Assembly: GCA_948579315.1 (NCBI GenBank)
Contig: CAPAOL010000015.1
Coordinates: forward strand, 588-64,587
Length of the DNA stretch: 64,000 nucleotides
Direction of reading: 5' to 3'
Source of the DNA: an uncultured Phocaeicola sp.
GTDB taxonomy: Bacteria > Bacteroidota > Bacteroidia > Bacteroidales > Bacteroidaceae
This document shows positions 31,470-41,212 of this stretch, piece by piece (position 1 is the stretch's first letter; each line of letters begins with the position of its first letter). The notes beneath the pieces were generated by a model. That model made no database searches. It was not told where the DNA came from and saw only the letters and a program-made list of their open reading frames with translations. Both the position numbers and the translations under genes were made by a program.

Positions 31470-33035
31470 TTATTGAGTGACCAACGTAATAATGGAACGT
31501 GCCGGGATCACAACTTTTTCATGGTTTTTGATGCTTCCTACCGGTAGAAGATTCTCTCCATCTTTATCCGAAGTACGATAGATTGTCCAGTTTTTTATAA
31601 TTCCGTTACGCTGATAGAAAGTAAACTCTTTATCTTCCGCTGCATAATTAATCATAACGAAAACCTCCTTTCCGTCTGTATTTTGGTATGCTGAACACAT
31701 TAGTCCGGTTACATCCGTATCGCCTTCAGGAATGATTTTCCCTTGGTTGTCTTTGGCTATAATTGCTTTCCGAACAGCTCCCGGGCGTATAAATCTACTG
31801 TAGTTTCCCAAAGCCCACATTAATTTGGAGTCTTTCACCTCACCATTCAGAAAAGTCGGATCACTATACTCACGGATTAATCCGTCTTTATAATCTCCAC
31901 CGATAGATCGCCACCATTGCCAACTGCGAGCACCTGCATATACAATGTCATGATGAATGATCCGTGCTACATATAATGCTGTCTTCATGGTGAAGTCATA
32001 TCCTCCGCCTCCGCCGATTTCTTCGTCATTGCCCATGATACAGGTTTCTGTCTGCCAGAAATCCACCTTATACTTGTCTAAAGTATCTTTTAATTGACAA
32101 CGGATATCGTGTAAATTATTCAGAGGAGTATTAGTCCAATAACTATGCCCTACCATCAGCCGGGGAACATTGGGAGTATCACCCAGATAGGTGGCTGTAC
32201 TGTCCGGATTAAAGAAAGACTGGATTTGATACCCCCGTTCCCAATTAGTCATGTGAGTATCGAACATACAACGATAGTCAGAGGACTCATTGACTAGAAT
32301 CTGTGTGTCAATTTGGTTATTTACGAACTCTTTACTGATGAGGCGTATGGCACGGGCTATTTCGCGGTTGGTAGCCGGTGTACCTTCTTGTTTGGGGCCA
32401 ATCCAGTTCCAATGCCCATCGGGTTCATTGAATGGACAGAGGTAATTGAACTTGATTCCATCGTGTTTCTCCACCCCTTTTATGACATTGGCAAGAAAAC
32501 GGGCAAAATTCTTATAATGCTCTTCCTTTAAGTTTAAGGTTCCTCCACGGCCTGTGTTGGTGGCAAGACCGTTTTGTGTGAAATATACGGGAGGTGAATT
32601 AAGAAATGCCAAAAATTTGTTTACACCCCGTTCTTTTGCCAGACGCAGGAAGTTGCGCTGCCCTTGTTGTTTATTCCAATTATAGTTACCATCTGCCTGA
32701 AGGAAACATTCGGTGCGCATCCAGGGAGAGGCTATCTGGCTGGCTTCTCCTTGTTCCGCACTTCCGGCTCCTACATTGAAACGCCATAAAGACAAGCCGA
32801 TTCCTTTAGGTTGTCCGTTTTCATGGTTTTCCGTACTGAACAGCCAGTCGGCTACTTGGTTTTGTTTTTCTTGCGGCCATAAGCCGATAAATTGCATGCT
32901 CCAACAGTCTGATGCTCCGAAATAGTCCATGGTTTGACAGGGTTGGTCTGTTTCTATTTCAAAGTGAATGGCAGGATGTTGAGCAAACAGGTTTGCTGTT
33001 GCAAATAAAGAGAATAATAATGCTTTGTATTTCAT
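31470..33035 (-). CDS. GH30 glycoside hydrolase (periplasmic)
   Basis: FGASDCW, GIGLSLWRFNVGAGS, NEP acid/base, WQTE nucleophile, LGNYSRFIRPG. Confidence 0.88.
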   Translation of the reverse strand: MKYKALLFSLFATANLFAQHPAIHFEIETDQPCQTMDYFGASDCWSMQFIGLWPQEKQNQVADWLFSTENHENGQPKGIGLSLWRFNVGAGSAEQGEASQIASPWMRTECFLQADGNYNWNKQQGQRNFLRLAKERGVNKFLAFLNSPPVYFTQNGLATNTGRGGTLNLKEEHYKNFARFLANVIKGVEKHDGIKFNYLCPFNEPDGHWNWIGPKQEGTPATNREIARAIRLISKEFVNNQIDTQILVNESSDYRCMFDTHMTNWERGYQIQSFFNPDSTATYLGDTPNVPRLMVGHSYWTNTPLNNLHDIRCQLKDTLDKYKVDFWQTETCIMGNDEEIGGGGGYDFTMKTALYVARIIHHDIVYAGARSWQWWRSIGGDYKDGLIREYSDPTFLNGEVKDSKLMWALGNYSRFIRPGAVRKAIIAKDNQGKIIPEGDTDVTGLMCSAYQNTDGKEVFVMINYAAEDKEFTFYQRNGIIKNWTIYRTSDKDGENLLPVGSIKNHEKVVIPARSIITLVTQ

Positions 33036-33047
33036 AAAGTTGAGGGA

Positions 33048-34646
33048 TTATTTCAGATTATAAATGACAGTTGTAACACTTTCCGAAGGCACAATTACTT
33101 GTTGGTCTGCCGTGACGTGTACCTCTTGCAAATTTTTGTTATTTGTTGTTGTATAAGTAGTGATGGAGCTTATTTCACTTACCCATTCTTTATGAATTTC
33201 GTTTAGCCGGACTCCTTTTTCTGATAGATTGGTATAAACAGCAACAATTTTATCTTTTTTCGGTGAAATCCATGCTGACCCGAAGAAACTGGATGATTCA
33301 TTCATGTTAAGCATGATACGGCGATAACCCGGTCGGATGAATAGGCTGTAGTTACCTAATACCCAAAGTGTGGGAGTAGCTTTATAAGTGCCTTCTTTCT
33401 CTATATCCCCATAAACTCCATCGGAGGGTTCCAGTGAAATCAGTAAGAAGCGGTTTTTGTGTCCCCAGCGGGGGATATCCATTGAGGTCCAGTAACTCCA
33501 GGAGGAAACTCCTGCTATAGTTAGGTCATTGTGTATTACTTTTGACATATAAAGTGCAATGTCCATTTCGGTTGCTTGGTCATAGCCTATAAACTCGGAA
33601 GAGCTGTATCCGTCGCCTAACATACTCCACTCACTTTGCCATATTTCTACATCATATTGTTGGGCTGCTTGGGCCAGTTGTTTCCGGACATTACGCATAC
33701 CATCCCATGTGCCATCTGTCCAGTAGCTGTGGCCGCAGATAAGTTTCTTTACATGAGTCAGGTTGCCTATATAGGTGGAAGTTCCAGGTGTGAAAAATGC
33801 TGAAAGTACGTTACTATGGGCGGCATCATTCTTAAATTTGTAGAGATATTCATAATCTCCAGATTCCCCTGGAAGAATATCAATAGAAAGACCGGCAGAA
33901 GTGATGGCGGTATCCAATTCACGTATAAGTCTGGCTACTTCATCATTAGTCCATCCGCTGCCTTCCTGGCCGCTGTCCCAATTATATTGGGGTTCGTTAA
34001 CTGGTGAGATATGTGTCACTGGATATCCTTCGTTTACATAGTATTTTGCTACATCTGACATGTATCTGGCAAAGTCCGTATAACATTCATCCTTCAAATT
34101 AGAAACTCCTCCGCTATTGGAGAATCCTTTTCCGTTGGAGGTATATTGTACAGGAGGGGTATTGCTGAAAAGTACTATACTCTGACAACCAAACTCTTTG
34201 GCGCGCTGCAAGAAGTAGCGCTGCCCTTTACAGCGTGTCCAGTCTAATGTTAAGTCATCAGTCAGATAAGATTCTGCTCTGCGTGATTTGTCTTCTATTC
34301 CACTTGCTTCACCTTGTTCTGCACTGCCACCACCTAGATTCACACGCCACATGGAGAGTCCTATACCTTTAGGTTGTCCTGATTGTATTTCAGAAGAGAA
34401 TAGCAGTTCACTGATTTTGTCACGATTCGTTATCCAGCTTTTTCCTACGAAGGCAGGTGCCCAACAATCTGATGCGCCAAATCCTGTCAGAGTCTGAAAA
34501 GATTGTCCGGCATCTATGGTTACTGTTTTTTCTACGTTTATGCTGCTGTCCGGTTGCCCCGATGTATCCGGTGTTTGGGGAGAATCGTCACTGCAGGCTA
34601 CAGTAGAAAAGAACAGTGGAAGAGTAAAAATATATTTTAGTTTCAT
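33048..34646 (-). CDS. GH30 glycoside hydrolase (surface lipoprotein)
   Basis: Lipobox TVAC, GFGASDCW, VNEPQY, WQSEW, LGNYSLFIRPG. Confidence 0.88.
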   Translation of the reverse strand: MKLKYIFTLPLFFSTVACSDDSPQTPDTSGQPDSSINVEKTVTIDAGQSFQTLTGFGASDCWAPAFVGKSWITNRDKISELLFSSEIQSGQPKGIGLSMWRVNLGGGSAEQGEASGIEDKSRRAESYLTDDLTLDWTRCKGQRYFLQRAKEFGCQSIVLFSNTPPVQYTSNGKGFSNSGGVSNLKDECYTDFARYMSDVAKYYVNEGYPVTHISPVNEPQYNWDSGQEGSGWTNDEVARLIRELDTAITSAGLSIDILPGESGDYEYLYKFKNDAAHSNVLSAFFTPGTSTYIGNLTHVKKLICGHSYWTDGTWDGMRNVRKQLAQAAQQYDVEIWQSEWSMLGDGYSSSEFIGYDQATEMDIALYMSKVIHNDLTIAGVSSWSYWTSMDIPRWGHKNRFLLISLEPSDGVYGDIEKEGTYKATPTLWVLGNYSLFIRPGYRRIMLNMNESSSFFGSAWISPKKDKIVAVYTNLSEKGVRLNEIHKEWVSEISSITTYTTTNNKNLQEVHVTADQQVIVPSESVTTVIYNLK

Positions 34647-34661
34647 TGTTTTAGATGGATT

Positions 34662-34701
34662 AAAAAATAGTCGCGGATAATCCTAGCAAACTATCCGCGA
34701 C
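34662..34701 (-). terminator. Intra-PUL terminator downstream of susD
   Basis: GTCGCGGATA / TATCCGCGAC stem followed on the minus strand by TATTTTTT. Confidence 0.65.
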
Positions 34702-34762
34702 AGAATATAAAGACCTATTGAATGTTTAATTCCTGTAACAATCTGTTCTTTTTGGAAAATGA

Positions 34763-36421
34763 TTAATTCCAGCCCGGATTTTGGGTGATAGAACCATTAG
34801 ACATTGTAATCTCATATAAAGGTATCGGGAATACCATATCCCGGTTTTCGTTGAAGCTGATTCCTTTATCACTTGCCTCACCTTGATTTTCCCATTCGTA
34901 AATGTCGCGGGTAGCGGGATCTGTATTGTATTTTACAAATGTACCGTTTGCTCCCATCAGGTTACAAATCATTTTCTTGCCATTGTCATCTGTCCAACGG
35001 CGGATATCATAGATTCTGTTTTGTTCCCATGCCAGTTCCAAACGACGTTCTAGCCGGATAGCTTTGCGAAGCTCGTTCCCACTGGATGTGACAGCAGGTA
35101 ATTTTACACGATTCCGTACCTCATTAAGGTAGGTACGTGCTGTACCATCTTCGCCCAATTCGTTGCAGGCTTCAGCATACATCAACAATACATCTGCATA
35201 GCGTAAGATACGATGATCTAATGGAATTTTGTCGATATTGTATACTTCCGGACGTTTTTCAATAGGTACAAAATACTTCCGGACAATACGTGCTGATTTA
35301 TGTTGTGACGGATCTATAATATAACATTCGGGATCCCAACCGTACTTTTCGATATAATCTTTATAATTGGCGATTTTTGTGTTGTTTTCAACGAACTTGT
35401 CGAAGTTATTCTCTCCGGCAATTTCTGTACAACCGGTTTTAATGATAGTCCAACGTAAACGTTCTGTATCTCCTGCATCGATGTAGGCTTGTTCGAGGTT
35501 AGCGGTTGGCTGTCCCCAAGACCATCCGTCGCCGGGACCACTACGGGCACCGGTAATAACAGTCAAAGAACCACCCAATGCATAAGTTCCATCATACATA
35601 TATTGTACTTCAAACAGACTTTCTTCGCTATTGTTATGGTCAACATCCCATACATCACCGAAGTTGTCGAGTAATTTATATTCACCTTCGTCGATGACTG
35701 TTTTCAATACATCATGTGCCTCTTGCCATTTGCTTTGGTAGAGGTAAACCTTTCCCAATAGGCCTAATGCAGCTCCACGGGTAGCGCGTCCCATATCTGT
35801 AGCAGCATATTGACTACGTTGTGGCAACACATCAGCAGCGGCTTTTAAATCATCTTCAATGAACTTATATACATCTTCGGCCGAAGCGCGGGTAATACCT
35901 TGTATTTCTTCGGGCAACAGGAAGCCTGTAATGAGAGGCACACCACCAAAATTCTTCACAAGTTCAAAATAGAAGTATCCACGGAGAAAACGTGCTTCGG
36001 CTACAAGCCGGTTCTTCATTTCTTCATCTGAGAAATCAGCTTGTGAAATGCGTTCCACTGCGATATTGCAACGTAGAATGCCTTTGTATCGATACTGCCA
36101 AAAGTTGGAGATGGCACCATTGCTTTGTCCGGTACCTTGATAGTGGGCCAAAGAAATATAGTCACTTTGACTTTGGCTGGTATTGCCCATCCAACCGTCA
36201 TCACTACACATCTCGGAAAGCAACCATACTGTGTTGATATTCCACCATCCGCCAAAAGTAATGGCCTGGTAACAACCAGTAATAAATGCTTCGGCTTCTT
36301 CTGCACTTTGGAAATAAGTATCCAAATTTTGTTGCCCGCGCACTTCCTCTGTTAGGAAATCCTCACAAGAAGTGAATGTCAGCGAGGCAATCATTGTTAA
36401 TATTGTTAATATCTTTTTCAT
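34763..36421 (-). CDS. susD: SusD-family lipoprotein
   Basis: Lipobox FTSC, EARFLRG, RATRGAA, RYADVLLMYAEA, QNPGW. Confidence 0.95.
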   Translation of the reverse strand: MKKILTILTMIASLTFTSCEDFLTEEVRGQQNLDTYFQSAEEAEAFITGCYQAITFGGWWNINTVWLLSEMCSDDGWMGNTSQSQSDYISLAHYQGTGQSNGAISNFWQYRYKGILRCNIAVERISQADFSDEEMKNRLVAEARFLRGYFYFELVKNFGGVPLITGFLLPEEIQGITRASAEDVYKFIEDDLKAAADVLPQRSQYAATDMGRATRGAALGLLGKVYLYQSKWQEAHDVLKTVIDEGEYKLLDNFGDVWDVDHNNSEESLFEVQYMYDGTYALGGSLTVITGARSGPGDGWSWGQPTANLEQAYIDAGDTERLRWTIIKTGCTEIAGENNFDKFVENNTKIANYKDYIEKYGWDPECYIIDPSQHKSARIVRKYFVPIEKRPEVYNIDKIPLDHRILRYADVLLMYAEACNELGEDGTARTYLNEVRNRVKLPAVTSSGNELRKAIRLERRLELAWEQNRIYDIRRWTDDNGKKMICNLMGANGTFVKYNTDPATRDIYEWENQGEASDKGISFNENRDMVFPIPLYEITMSNGSITQNPGWN

Positions 36422-36438
36422 GGTTTATACCTTGAGGG

Positions 36439-39400
36439 TTAAAATTTTAAATCAATTCCAAATAAGAAAGTACGTGGGTTAGGATAAGCGATGCCGTCAA
36501 TACCGGTTTCAATTACACTGCCATCTTTACCAATCTGTGGACGTTCAGGATCCATACCTGAGTAGCTGGTGATAGTGAAAGGATTTTGAGCCGACAATGA
36601 GAGACGCAATTCGGTTCCGTTCAACCACTTCTTGGGGAGTGTGTAACCCACTTGTAATAGTTTGCAACGCATATAAGAGCCGTCTTCTACAAAGAAACTT
36701 GAAACGCGTGTGTAATTCTGATTCAAATCATTGTAGGACAGACGAGGAATATCGTTGCTGGTTCCTTCGCCATGCCATGCTTTCTGCAATGTACCTGCCC
36801 AAACGTTTTGCCCACTTACGCCGGAGTATAAACCTTTGGTCTTATTGAAAATATCATTACCGAATGTACCATAGAAGTTGGCTGTGAAATCGATGTTTTT
36901 ATAGCTGAAACCCAAGTTCAAACCTACCATCAAATCGGGATATGGGTTACCGATCCATGTTTTATCATTTTCATCTAGAACTCCGTCATGATTCAAATCC
37001 TTAAAGCGAATGTCACCGGGTTGGGCATTGGATTGTACCAGCTTGCCATTTTCGTTGGTGTGAGCATAAACTTCATCCCAATTTTGGAAAATACCATCGG
37101 CTACGTAGCCGTAGAAGCGTGAAATCAAGCCACCGTCTTCATTACGGATAATTTGGTCGCTGTTGAAACCTCCAGTTTGGATAGGACCGTCACCGGAGAA
37201 TTTAACAGCTTTATTTTTCACTGCGGAAAGGTTCAATCCCACATTATATCGGAAGTCTGCTACTTTGTCGTGCCAGTTCAGACTTAATTCCCAACCGCTA
37301 GCTTTCATACTACCTATATTCATCCATACTGTACTGTTCCAGTCGGGGTATCCGATGGCGAAGATATTTTGTTTCTGATAGAGCATATCAGAAGATTTCT
37401 TTTGGAAATACTCAAAGGTCATGTCTAGACGGGAGTCAAGGAAGGACATATCCACACCTACGTTCCAGTCTTCTACTGTTTCCCATTTTAGCAAATTATT
37501 GCCAACGCCTGATACCATAGTACCTGAAACACGTCCTGGAGCTGTACCGAATACATAATCAGATTGTCCTAACAAAGTCAGCGTAGCATCATTATCTATG
37601 TTTTGATTACCTACACGTCCCCAACCTCCGCGTAATTTCAAGTTACTGAAAATCTTCTGGTCTTGCATGAAACTTTCACTGATGATACGCCATGAAGCAG
37701 AAACAGAAGGGAAGATGGCATATTTGTTTCCTTTGGGGAAACGAGAAGACCCATCTGCACGAATAGAAGCTGTTAGATAGTAACGATTGTCATAGTTATA
37801 CATCACGCGTCCTAAATAAGATACTAATGTGCTGTAAGCAGTTTTACCTTCTGACTTTTGGTTTTGTGTACCGGCATTTACTTCCTGCATTTGATCCATA
37901 TTATTAGGAACATCGTCACGTGAGGCTTTTGATTGGAATTCAGCAAAGCGTTCAGCTGTAAAGCCACCCATTACATTAATATTATGCTTTTCTGCAAAAG
38001 TCGTGATGTAAGTAGCAGTATTAGTCCAGTTCCAATCAAGCCATTCCTGCATTTCACGGGAAACATTACTTAATGTAGATTGTTCCAAAGCATCAATATA
38101 GAATTCAGGAGTGAATTTGTCTGTACGGCGGAAGTGTGCATTAGCGCCGAACTGCGTGCGCAGGGTCAGTTTTTGAATAGGGTTTATCTGTAAATAAGTA
38201 TTTACAATTGTACCCATTTCACGGGAGTGGGAATTTTGGCGAGCCAATGAACCGGCAGGGTTCCACTCCTGGTTGTTGTAAGAACGCTGATAGTTATTGA
38301 ATTCGTTATCCACCCATTGATCTTCCGGCTTGAATATAGGAGTTGTGGGGTCCATAGACATGGCAGCTGAAAAAAGATCGGGGGTATCATCCCATGATTC
38401 TACACGTGGGGCAATGTCGAAACCCATTTTTACATATTTATTAAATGTATATTCTGTATTAAGGCGTGTGTTGATTTTGTCCCAATAACCATAGTCATAT
38501 TGTGAATTGTTACGGTAGTAACCCATACTCAGGTTATAAACCAGTTTGTCTGAACCACCGGAGATATTGAGTGAGTAATTTTGCACTAAAGCAGTTTTGT
38601 TGATTACTTCGTCCCACCAGTCTGTTCCTCCGGGATTGGTAGTAGCGCCTGTATCATTCCAAATAGAAGTTCCTCCGTCATTTGTGTATCGGGTATTGAA
38701 TACTTCTTTATATTCGGCGGCATTAGCCATTTTGGGTTTTGACAGTGTTTGGAAACCTGCAGATGCATTAAAACTGATATTTGTTTTTCCTGCCATTCCT
38801 TTTTTGGTTGTGATTAGAATGACACCGTTAGAAGCACGTGTTCCGTAAATGGCAGCAGCCGAAGCGTCTTTTAAAACTTCCATAGATTCAATGTCATTAC
38901 TGTTTAGGAAGTTGATGTTTGTACCTACCGGCATGCCATCTACTACATACAAAGGATCGGTTCCGTTTACTGTTGTTACACCACGGATTAGAACTTTTGG
39001 TTGTGCGCCCGGACCACCACCACTGGTTACTTGAACACCGTTGATTTTACCTTGCAAGGCGTCCATTGCATTACCGGTTACAGTTTCGGTAATTTCTTTT
39101 CCTTTTACGGTAGATATAGAACTGGTCAGGTCACTTTTTTTCACGGCTCCATAACCAATAACCACTACTTCGTCCAGTAATTCACTGGCATCTTTCAGCA
39201 CTACATTGATAACGGTTTGTCCGTTTACCTTTATTTCTTGAGTCTCATATCCTATGCTGGAGAACACAAGTACGGCATCCTTGGCAACATCGTTTAGTGA
39301 ATAATCACCATCAATACTTGTAATAGTACCTGTACCTGTACCTTTAACTTGCACTGTTGCACCAATCATCGGTTCTTTATCTGAAGCCGAGGTTACTACA

Positions 39401-39477
39401 CCTTTTACAGTGATGGTCTGCGCATAGCTACATAGACTTGTCAGCGCAAGACACAATAATAATATTTGCTTTTTCAT
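36439..39477 (-). CDS. susC: SusC-family TonB-dependent transporter
   Basis: LKDASAAAIYGTRASNGVILITTK, LKWET, YPNPRTFLFG..F. Confidence 0.96.
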   Translation of the reverse strand: MKKQILLLCLALTSLCSYAQTITVKGVVTSASDKEPMIGATVQVKGTGTGTITSIDGDYSLNDVAKDAVLVFSSIGYETQEIKVNGQTVINVVLKDASELLDEVVVIGYGAVKKSDLTSSISTVKGKEITETVTGNAMDALQGKINGVQVTSGGGPGAQPKVLIRGVTTVNGTDPLYVVDGMPVGTNINFLNSNDIESMEVLKDASAAAIYGTRASNGVILITTKKGMAGKTNISFNASAGFQTLSKPKMANAAEYKEVFNTRYTNDGGTSIWNDTGATTNPGGTDWWDEVINKTALVQNYSLNISGGSDKLVYNLSMGYYRNNSQYDYGYWDKINTRLNTEYTFNKYVKMGFDIAPRVESWDDTPDLFSAAMSMDPTTPIFKPEDQWVDNEFNNYQRSYNNQEWNPAGSLARQNSHSREMGTIVNTYLQINPIQKLTLRTQFGANAHFRRTDKFTPEFYIDALEQSTLSNVSREMQEWLDWNWTNTATYITTFAEKHNINVMGGFTAERFAEFQSKASRDDVPNNMDQMQEVNAGTQNQKSEGKTAYSTLVSYLGRVMYNYDNRYYLTASIRADGSSRFPKGNKYAIFPSVSASWRIISESFMQDQKIFSNLKLRGGWGRVGNQNIDNDATLTLLGQSDYVFGTAPGRVSGTMVSGVGNNLLKWETVEDWNVGVDMSFLDSRLDMTFEYFQKKSSDMLYQKQNIFAIGYPDWNSTVWMNIGSMKASGWELSLNWHDKVADFRYNVGLNLSAVKNKAVKFSGDGPIQTGGFNSDQIIRNEDGGLISRFYGYVADGIFQNWDEVYAHTNENGKLVQSNAQPGDIRFKDLNHDGVLDENDKTWIGNPYPDLMVGLNLGFSYKNIDFTANFYGTFGNDIFNKTKGLYSGVSGQNVWAGTLQKAWHGEGTSNDIPRLSYNDLNQNYTRVSSFFVEDGSYMRCKLLQVGYTLPKKWLNGTELRLSLSAQNPFTITSYSGMDPERPQIGKDGSVIETGIDGIAYPNPRTFLFGIDLKF

Positions 39478-39499
39478 ATCTTAAATCTAATGTTACTTG

Positions 39500-40999
39500 T
39501 TAATTGGCCGGAATGAGTTTAGCTCTTTCCAAATGAGCGTCGAATATAAGTTTATAATTCCCTGTGACGTTCACTGTTGGTTTTGCCCAATTGTCACCTA
39601 CATGATCGGGTTTGGTCCATGCCGGATTGGTATATTTGGCTTCTTTACCATAATATCCGAAGATCTCCGGTTCGTCTGAGTTGTCTACACGCCACGTGCA
39701 ATAATTCCACCATCCGTCAGAGTGCCAGTTATGAATAACGAAATTCATTTTAGTACCTGCCTCCAGGAATAGGGGGGTATCCAAATAGAACAGGTGAGGA
39801 TTGGTCTTATCTTGAGTGAAACGCAGGACTTCAGTTGGGCTACTGGTCATATATCCGAAATAGAATTCCTGTAACCACGAACCACCGTCACCCCATGTGT
39901 CAAGGCTGATAGAACCGTATGTGTGAGGTATGGGGTCTACAGCATCGGCAATTGAGTAAGTTTTCAGATTGTATGTACTGTTCTTCACATCAATATTAAT
40001 TTCATAATAAACATTGGCTTGGTCAAGTACGATTGGCATTGCTGTTTCGGGATCGTCTGTCAGTTTGGTGTTATCCTCTGGATCAAGCCCGAAACAAATA
40101 GGAGTGAAGTCACTCTTTTGTGGTAAGAAGAATATTTTAGTTCCGGCTTTTTGACAGTAATAATTTGCTTTATACTGATATTCACCTGTATGTTCAATTA
40201 CCATCGGTACCCCGAATATATCACTATTCAGTTCTTCGGCAGTTGCCACATCTGCCAGATACATTTTGGGAAAATCCGGCATTTCTGAGATATTCAATAC
40301 ACTGGTGGTAGTGGTTGAGTTTTCTTTCTTGTCAAAAGCGGTAATTGTCACATTATAACTTTTCGGTTCATTGGGGAATACTATTATTTCGGCAAAGTTC
40401 AATGAACTTTTTCCATCAGCATCTACACGGCGGTTGTCAAACCCGTCTATACCTGGAATATTAATTGTGACATAATCCAATGCACGATCATCTGTAGCCG
40501 TGAACCGAAGATTGAATTTCGTTTCATTTTTCATTAATACTGTAACAGTGGCATCCGGGGCAGCTGAAAATACCGGAGCTGCAAAATCTCCGTCCATTGT
40601 GATTAATACATCTTGAGATATACTGCGTCCTCCTACATCGGTTACAGTAACTTTGACTGTGAAACGTTCGCCGATTTCATTTCGGTTTATGTCAAAGTAA
40701 TAACTTAAATCATAACTCTCTTGCGGAGCACCATAGATTTCGATTAAATCAATTGTCTTGTTCAAATGCAGGTCGGCACATTGTAGGCTGATAGAAGCAA
40801 TACCGTCTTTGTCTTCTAATGTCCCTTCAATAGTAAATCGATGTCCCGCTCCGGACTCGATGTGGTCTGTTGCTAATGTCATTGTTGGATTTTGCCCGTC
40901 TACATCGGGGTAGTCGTTATCATCACTACATCCCGTACATAGGTTTGCAGTTACAAGAAAAGCCCATAACATGGCACCATACAAATGTTTCTTTTTCAT
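39500..40999 (-). CDS. Surface glycan-binding lipoprotein (Ig-like repeats plus Trp-rich SusE/F-like C-terminal domains)
   Basis: Lipobox TGC-SDDND; beta-rich repeats (VTVTDVGG, ITAFDKKEN); first gene of the PUL. Confidence 0.6.
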   Translation of the reverse strand: MKKKHLYGAMLWAFLVTANLCTGCSDDNDYPDVDGQNPTMTLATDHIESGAGHRFTIEGTLEDKDGIASISLQCADLHLNKTIDLIEIYGAPQESYDLSYYFDINRNEIGERFTVKVTVTDVGGRSISQDVLITMDGDFAAPVFSAAPDATVTVLMKNETKFNLRFTATDDRALDYVTINIPGIDGFDNRRVDADGKSSLNFAEIIVFPNEPKSYNVTITAFDKKENSTTTTSVLNISEMPDFPKMYLADVATAEELNSDIFGVPMVIEHTGEYQYKANYYCQKAGTKIFFLPQKSDFTPICFGLDPEDNTKLTDDPETAMPIVLDQANVYYEINIDVKNSTYNLKTYSIADAVDPIPHTYGSISLDTWGDGGSWLQEFYFGYMTSSPTEVLRFTQDKTNPHLFYLDTPLFLEAGTKMNFVIHNWHSDGWWNYCTWRVDNSDEPEIFGYYGKEAKYTNPAWTKPDHVGDNWAKPTVNVTGNYKLIFDAHLERAKLIPAN

Positions 41000-41065
41000 A
41001 TTTTATTAGTATTTGAAGATTAAACATCTACTCTAATAGAGGACGAATTAAATTCGTCAGTGGTG

Positions 41066-41132
41066 CAAATGTACGTGAAGAAGAATTAAAATCCTGATAT
41101 AAATCTTGCAGAAAAGGGAGGTAAATCTTGCA
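41066..41132 (-). promoter_or_regulatory. PUL promoter (TACATTTG 41073-41066) with 22-bp-spaced perfect direct repeat TAAATCTTGCA
   Basis: TAAATCTTGCA at 41100-41110 and 41122-41132, between the divergent PUL and HTCS. Confidence 0.7.
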
Positions 41133-41212
41133 ATGCATGATTTATGTATCTAAAATACAGACTTTATTTGTATTTTTGAACCATATTATTTAACAATGTG
41201 TACACTGATGCT